From: Candidatus Heimdallarchaeota archaeon
GTDB lineage: Archaea; Asgardarchaeota; Heimdallarchaeia; JABLTI01
Assembly (NCBI GenBank): GCA_019058275.1
Contig: JAHLVW010000089.1
Coordinates: 1 to 64,000 of the forward strand
Reading direction: 5' to 3'
Length of the DNA stretch: 64,000 nucleotides
A program made the position numbers and the translations under genes. The notes beneath the pieces are model-generated. The model saw only the letters and a program-made list of their open reading frames with translations. It ran no database searches and had not been told where the DNA came from. Positions 60,043 to 64,000 of the stretch are shown piece by piece (position 1 is the first letter of the stretch; each line of letters begins with the position of its first letter).

Positions 60043-61257
60043 TTAATGTCCCTCTGCAGCATTTATTTTTATGATATCACCATCTTCCAATTCATAACCT
60101 TCACCAATACGTCTTTGAGTTTTAACCAAAATTGCATTGATGAATGACTTTGCTAAATCTTGATGGATCATTCCAGCAAACTCTTTAGCAGTAGTACCTT
60201 TTGGTACAAGATAAACATCTGGTAAAACGTTTCCATTATGATCTGTGTATTTTTGTTGATCTTCTACTGGATAGATAGAAATAACATTCATAATATCAAA
60301 TACTGCTCGATTGATTAAATTTTGAACTCCAGTTGAACCATATTTTTGCAAAATATTTGTTCTTAATTTCTCCAAAGTTTCTTGATCCTTATCTGATAAT
60401 TTATCTGGTTTTAGAATGGTAAAATCACTATCACCTGGTGTATATGAGATAATCTCCTTTTCTGCAAATTTCCTCAAGAAATATTCAGCAAGAGCTGAAC
60501 AATGAATGAGATCATCACCATATTTTTCTTTTAAACGCTGATAATTATCATCTGATCCTTCAAGATCAATTTTATTAGCAGCATAAATCATTGGTTTTGC
60601 AATAAATCTTAAAATAGTCAAGAAATTGAGCAATTCATCATCCGACCATTTCGTTGGTATTGCTATATTCAATCCAGATTTTATTAATGCTTTTTTAATA
60701 TGTACTCGAGTAATTTGCAAACCGGTCAATTTCTCAGCTAGGAGCTTATCTATCGGGATTTTCTCAGTTTCTGAGGTTCTACTAATTCTTGTCCAACCTT
60801 TTTTGATGAGCTGATCTAACCACATTACTACTTCTCGATCTAGAAATGTTATATCATCTTCTGGGTCATATGTACCTCGTTCGATGTTATTACCATCTGC
60901 ATCCAGTGATCCTGAAAAATCAATTACATGGATTAATACATCTGCTCGTCTTAGGTCATCCAATAGCTTATTACCGAGCCCACGTCCTTTCCATGCGTCT
61001 GGAACTAAACCAGCTACATCTAGCAACGGAATTGGAACAAGTCGAACACCTTCAATACATAAGGAATTTTGAGGGTTATCTTCAACATCAAGCTCTTTAC
61101 ATACACATGGGATTCTAACATAGCCAGTACCTGGTACGGGTTCAATAGTGGTGAAAGGATAATCACCCACTTTTGATGTTGTTAGACAAGCAGCATTAAG
61201 GAATGTGCTTTTTCCGCTAGAAGGTTTACCTACAATACCAATTAACAATTGTATCAA
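60043..61257 (-). CDS. ychF: OBG-family translation-associated GTPase/ATPase (YchF/Ola1-like) with TGS domain
   Basis: GKPSSGKS, YPFTT, DVAG, NKID, C-terminal TGS. Confidence 0.85.
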   Translation of the reverse strand: MIQLLIGIVGKPSSGKSTFLNAACLTTSKVGDYPFTTIEPVPGTGYVRIPCVCKELDVEDNPQNSLCIEGVRLVPIPLLDVAGLVPDAWKGRGLGNKLLDDLRRADVLIHVIDFSGSLDADGNNIERGTYDPEDDITFLDREVVMWLDQLIKKGWTRISRTSETEKIPIDKLLAEKLTGLQITRVHIKKALIKSGLNIAIPTKWSDDELLNFLTILRFIAKPMIYAANKIDLEGSDDNYQRLKEKYGDDLIHCSALAEYFLRKFAEKEIISYTPGDSDFTILKPDKLSDKDQETLEKLRTNILQKYGSTGVQNLINRAVFDIMNVISIYPVEDQQKYTDHNGNVLPDVYLVPKGTTAKEFAGMIHQDLAKSFINAILVKTQRRIGEGYELEDGDIIKINAAEGH

Positions 61258-61336
61258 GCTCCTAATGACTTGAGTTCAGCTCAATCAATAGTTCATTTAT
61301 TTTCATTATTTAATATAATTTCTAAAAGATATCAAA

Positions 61337-61945
61337 TTATTCGTATAGTTCATCAAGGTAATCATTTTGAATTTTAACTACCTCTAGACTACTCTTTGCG
61401 TCAGAGTAAGCTTCGAGCAATTCAAAATTGAGAGTGAAGAAATTTTCACCCCACTTAAATCCATCAAGTAACTTACGTGCATTATCCTTGAAACCAACAA
61501 TATAAAGAGCTGAAGCTAATGCCTCTGCAGTGCTCAATTTGCAAGGTTTGCCATAATTGACAGGATTAGCTGCTAGCAAATATGGTAGAATTCTATCTAT
61601 GAAACGCCATCGACCCTTTTTCTTAGGTTCATCATCCCTATGTTCATATGCACCAAAAATCCTTTTAGCTTCAACCCAAGAGCAATCAAGACCCACAAGA
61701 CCTTTAGTATGTATAGCAGGAAGATCCTCTATAGAAAGGGCTTTTTGTGAGAAAGGATTGAGAAGAACAGCATTTTTAGGAATATTACCGATTTTATAGG
61801 TCAAAATGATTTTTCCCATTTTATGAAGATGGATAGCTGTACATTTTTTGGGATCATCACCTTTTGTACTATAGACAAATAATTTTATGTCACTAACGGT
61901 ACGAAATTCTTCTTCAGGATTATACGGCATAATAATAACTACCAA
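61337..61945 (-). CDS. tsr3: 16S rRNA aminocarboxypropyltransferase
   Basis: DPKKCTA, LDCSW, LPYLLAANPVNYG, LSTAEA, FKWG. Confidence 0.93.
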   Translation of the reverse strand: MVVIIMPYNPEEEFRTVSDIKLFVYSTKGDDPKKCTAIHLHKMGKIILTYKIGNIPKNAVLLNPFSQKALSIEDLPAIHTKGLVGLDCSWVEAKRIFGAYEHRDDEPKKKGRWRFIDRILPYLLAANPVNYGKPCKLSTAEALASALYIVGFKDNARKLLDGFKWGENFFTLNFELLEAYSDAKSSLEVVKIQNDYLDELYE

Positions 61946-62112
61946 ATTCTAATTAAATTGCTAATTTCTAGTCTATCATAAAAAAGTTATTATTTGAATA
62001 TTTATCTATTTTAATACGGAATTAAAGAATAATGCTATAACTTCGAATGAGAATTTATAGAAAAAATAGAATCTTTAATTGAAGTGAGACGTCACTGTTA
62101 GCTGGTAATAAA

Positions 62113-62346
62113 ATGGTCAAAGCGTATATACTAATTAATGTTAAAGGTGGAACAGAATACGATTTATTTGAAGAATTAACTAAAGTTTCAGGTTTAGAAG
62201 AAATTTCCTTGGTTTGGGGATTATTTGATATTATATTAAAAATAGAATCTGATTCTGCCAATGCTCTTGATAAACTTGTTACTGATGAAATTAGAAAATA
62301 TTCAAACATATCAAGTACAATGACCATGCTAATACGAGAAGAATAA
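62113..62346 (+). CDS. Lrp/AsnC ligand-binding domain protein
   Basis: AYILINV...VWGLFDIILKIE...IR. Confidence 0.85.
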   Translation: MVKAYILINVKGGTEYDLFEELTKVSGLEEISLVWGLFDIILKIESDSANALDKLVTDEIRKYSNISSTMTMLIREE

Positions 62347-62412
62347 TCTTTTACTTTCTTAGTTTCTCTTTCTATTTATTGAAAAAATAAATTTGAATTT
62401 TAGGAGTGGGAA

Positions 62413-63117
62413 CTAGTAGTCATTATAGACTCTATTTCCACATACACTACAAAATTCACTATCTGTATCTAGATAGGAACCACAAAATTCACAAGTTAGT
62501 GGTCTAGATCTTTCTTGAGTTGGTTGCTGGTGAGCAGCCATATAGTCATCACGACTTGGGCTTTCTGTTGGCATATAATATGGTTGCGGAATGTCATCTT
62601 GCTCTTGTCTTGGTATTCGGACACTATCATCTGGTCTATCTTTCTTAAAGGGACTAATTAATCCAGCCAATATACCAACGATTACTGTGACAGCATTTAT
62701 GATAAGAAAACCATAGAATAAATTGGCTTCTGTAAACATTGCAGTAGAGAATGTACCAGCTTGATAAATAATGTAATAAGCTATTTCTACACCAAAAAAC
62801 ATTGAAATTACTGTTGACAAACCTCCACGAGCAGCTGCTTTTTTCTTGAAGAAGAAGCTAACTGCAAACGCTACTACAACCCAGGGAAGATACGCGAAAA
62901 GAATTCTCAAGAAATTAGCACTAACAAAAAACACGTTAATAGGTTCCATTATTGCTGTTTCAAAGACTTCCATTAACTTTACCCAATCTCCTGCAAACAA
63001 TTGATTAAACCATGTTGGCACATACGCTGCTTCCAAATAGATTTCGATAAACAGAAAACTTGGGACAGTAATTGCCAATGATGTAAAGAATCCTTTTAGG
63101 TAACCCATGAATATCAC
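62413..63117 (-). CDS. Membrane protein with C-terminal zinc ribbon
   Basis: 4 TM + CEFCG..FCSVCG. Confidence 0.75.
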   Translation of the reverse strand: MIFMGYLKGFFTSLAITVPSFLFIEIYLEAAYVPTWFNQLFAGDWVKLMEVFETAIMEPINVFFVSANFLRILFAYLPWVVVAFAVSFFFKKKAAARGGLSTVISMFFGVEIAYYIIYQAGTFSTAMFTEANLFYGFLIINAVTVIVGILAGLISPFKKDRPDDSVRIPRQEQDDIPQPYYMPTESPSRDDYMAAHQQPTQERSRPLTCEFCGSYLDTDSEFCSVCGNRVYNDY

Positions 63118-63229
63118 ATCTATTTTAATTTAACAACAATAGTTATACAAAGATAAATGTAACAAAATATAATAAAAACCTTGGTAAATATGCACTTATC
63201 AATAAGATAGAAAATTGAGTAAATTTCCT

Positions 63230-64000
63230 ATGAGCAAAACTATAACTGAAAAAGAAATTTTCAATGCATCAGAGCAAGAACTAACTGTCTTAATGGAAAA
63301 AGCAAGAAAGATTAGTTGGAATGCTTTAGGGAAAAGGATAAGATTCTATTACCCCAGCAAGGAATTCCCATCGATTAGCATTACAGGTTCAACTTGTGCT
63401 CAAAGTTGTTTATATTGTAATAAACACTACCTTAAAGCAATGCATTCTCTAACTACACCACAAAAAATGTTGAATTTTGCTCTTAAGCTCAAAGCTAAAG
63501 AAGGAAAAGGGATGCTAATAAGTGGAGGGTATGATGAAGAATCTGTTGTTCCCATAGACTCCTATCTTGATACAATAAGTCAAATCAAGAAGAAAACAAA
63601 TCTTTCTATCAATATTCATCCAGGTCTTGTAACTTTAGAACAAGCTAAAGCTATTTATGATTCTGGAGTAGATGCAGCTTCTTTTGATCTTGTTACCGAT
63701 AATCAAGTGATACGTGAAGTGATTAGAAATGGTAAAACAGCTGTAGATTACAAGAAATCATTTGAAGCACTAATTAATGCAAAACTTAAAGTCATTCCAC
63801 ATATCTGTCTTGGATTATACTATGGAACAGACAAAGGAAATATCGAGGCTGTAAAATTAGCCTTGAATTATGATATACCTCTAATAGTATTTCTTGGATT
63901 TATACCAACAAAAGGAACTCCCATGGAGAATGTCAAAGTTATAACAAGTGATTTTTTAACTAAAATTAGTATCTATACAAGATTTAGAAAAACAGACTTA
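63230..64000 (+). CDS. Radical SAM protein, biotin-synthase-related (possibly archaeal LipS-type); truncated by window end
   Basis: FPSISITGSTCAQSCLYC, GMLISGG, NIHPG, PHICLGL; frame open to the end of the window. Confidence 0.8.
   Translation, partial: MSKTITEKEIFNASEQELTVLMEKARKISWNALGKRIRFYYPSKEFPSISITGSTCAQSCLYCNKHYLKAMHSLTTPQKMLNFALKLKAKEGKGMLISGGYDEESVVPIDSYLDTISQIKKKTNLSINIHPGLVTLEQAKAIYDSGVDAASFDLVTDNQVIREVIRNGKTAVDYKKSFEALINAKLKVIPHICLGLYYGTDKGNIEAVKLALNYDIPLIVFLGFIPTKGTPMENVKVITSDFLTKISIYTRFRKTDL

Overview
This is an AT-rich archaeal window that looks like an Asgard archaeon, probably Heimdallarchaeia. The evidence is the PolD large subunit, roadblock/LC7, longin-like, DENN-like and LIM/DA1-like proteins, translin and Tsr3. 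Positions ~1-14333 form an accessory island bounded by pieces of tRNA-Lys(CTT). On the left is a promoter plus a full tRNA-Lys-like gene with a BHB intron in the T-loop. On the right is an inverted copy of the same promoter plus the tRNA 5' half, followed by an intron-less direct copy of the tRNA 3' end. The island core is a tightly coupled six-gene operon: wHTH, dead Hel308/Ski2-like helicase with Cys clusters, highly divergent solo Cas1 homolog (catalytic triad E/H/E reads Q/H/N), wHTH, YprA/Hrq1-like SF2 helicase, and metallophosphoesterase. Other island genes encode a HEAT protein, a PD-(D/E)XK nuclease divergent from an AbrB gene, a free-standing LAGLIDADG-HTH endonuclease and a TPR protein. 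No CRISPR array, cas2, PolB or Tyr/Ser recombinase is visible. The rest (14.7-64 kb) is mostly housekeeping: ribL, translin, GGPP synthase, pcm, polC with a 473-aa Gln-terminated intein, a degenerate Mrp/Nuo membrane-arm operon, an MFS transporter, tRNA-Asn with a D-loop intron, comB, eutA, glmM, glmU-like, radical SAMs, ychF-like and tsr3. All protein calls come from motif recognition by eye; no searches were run.
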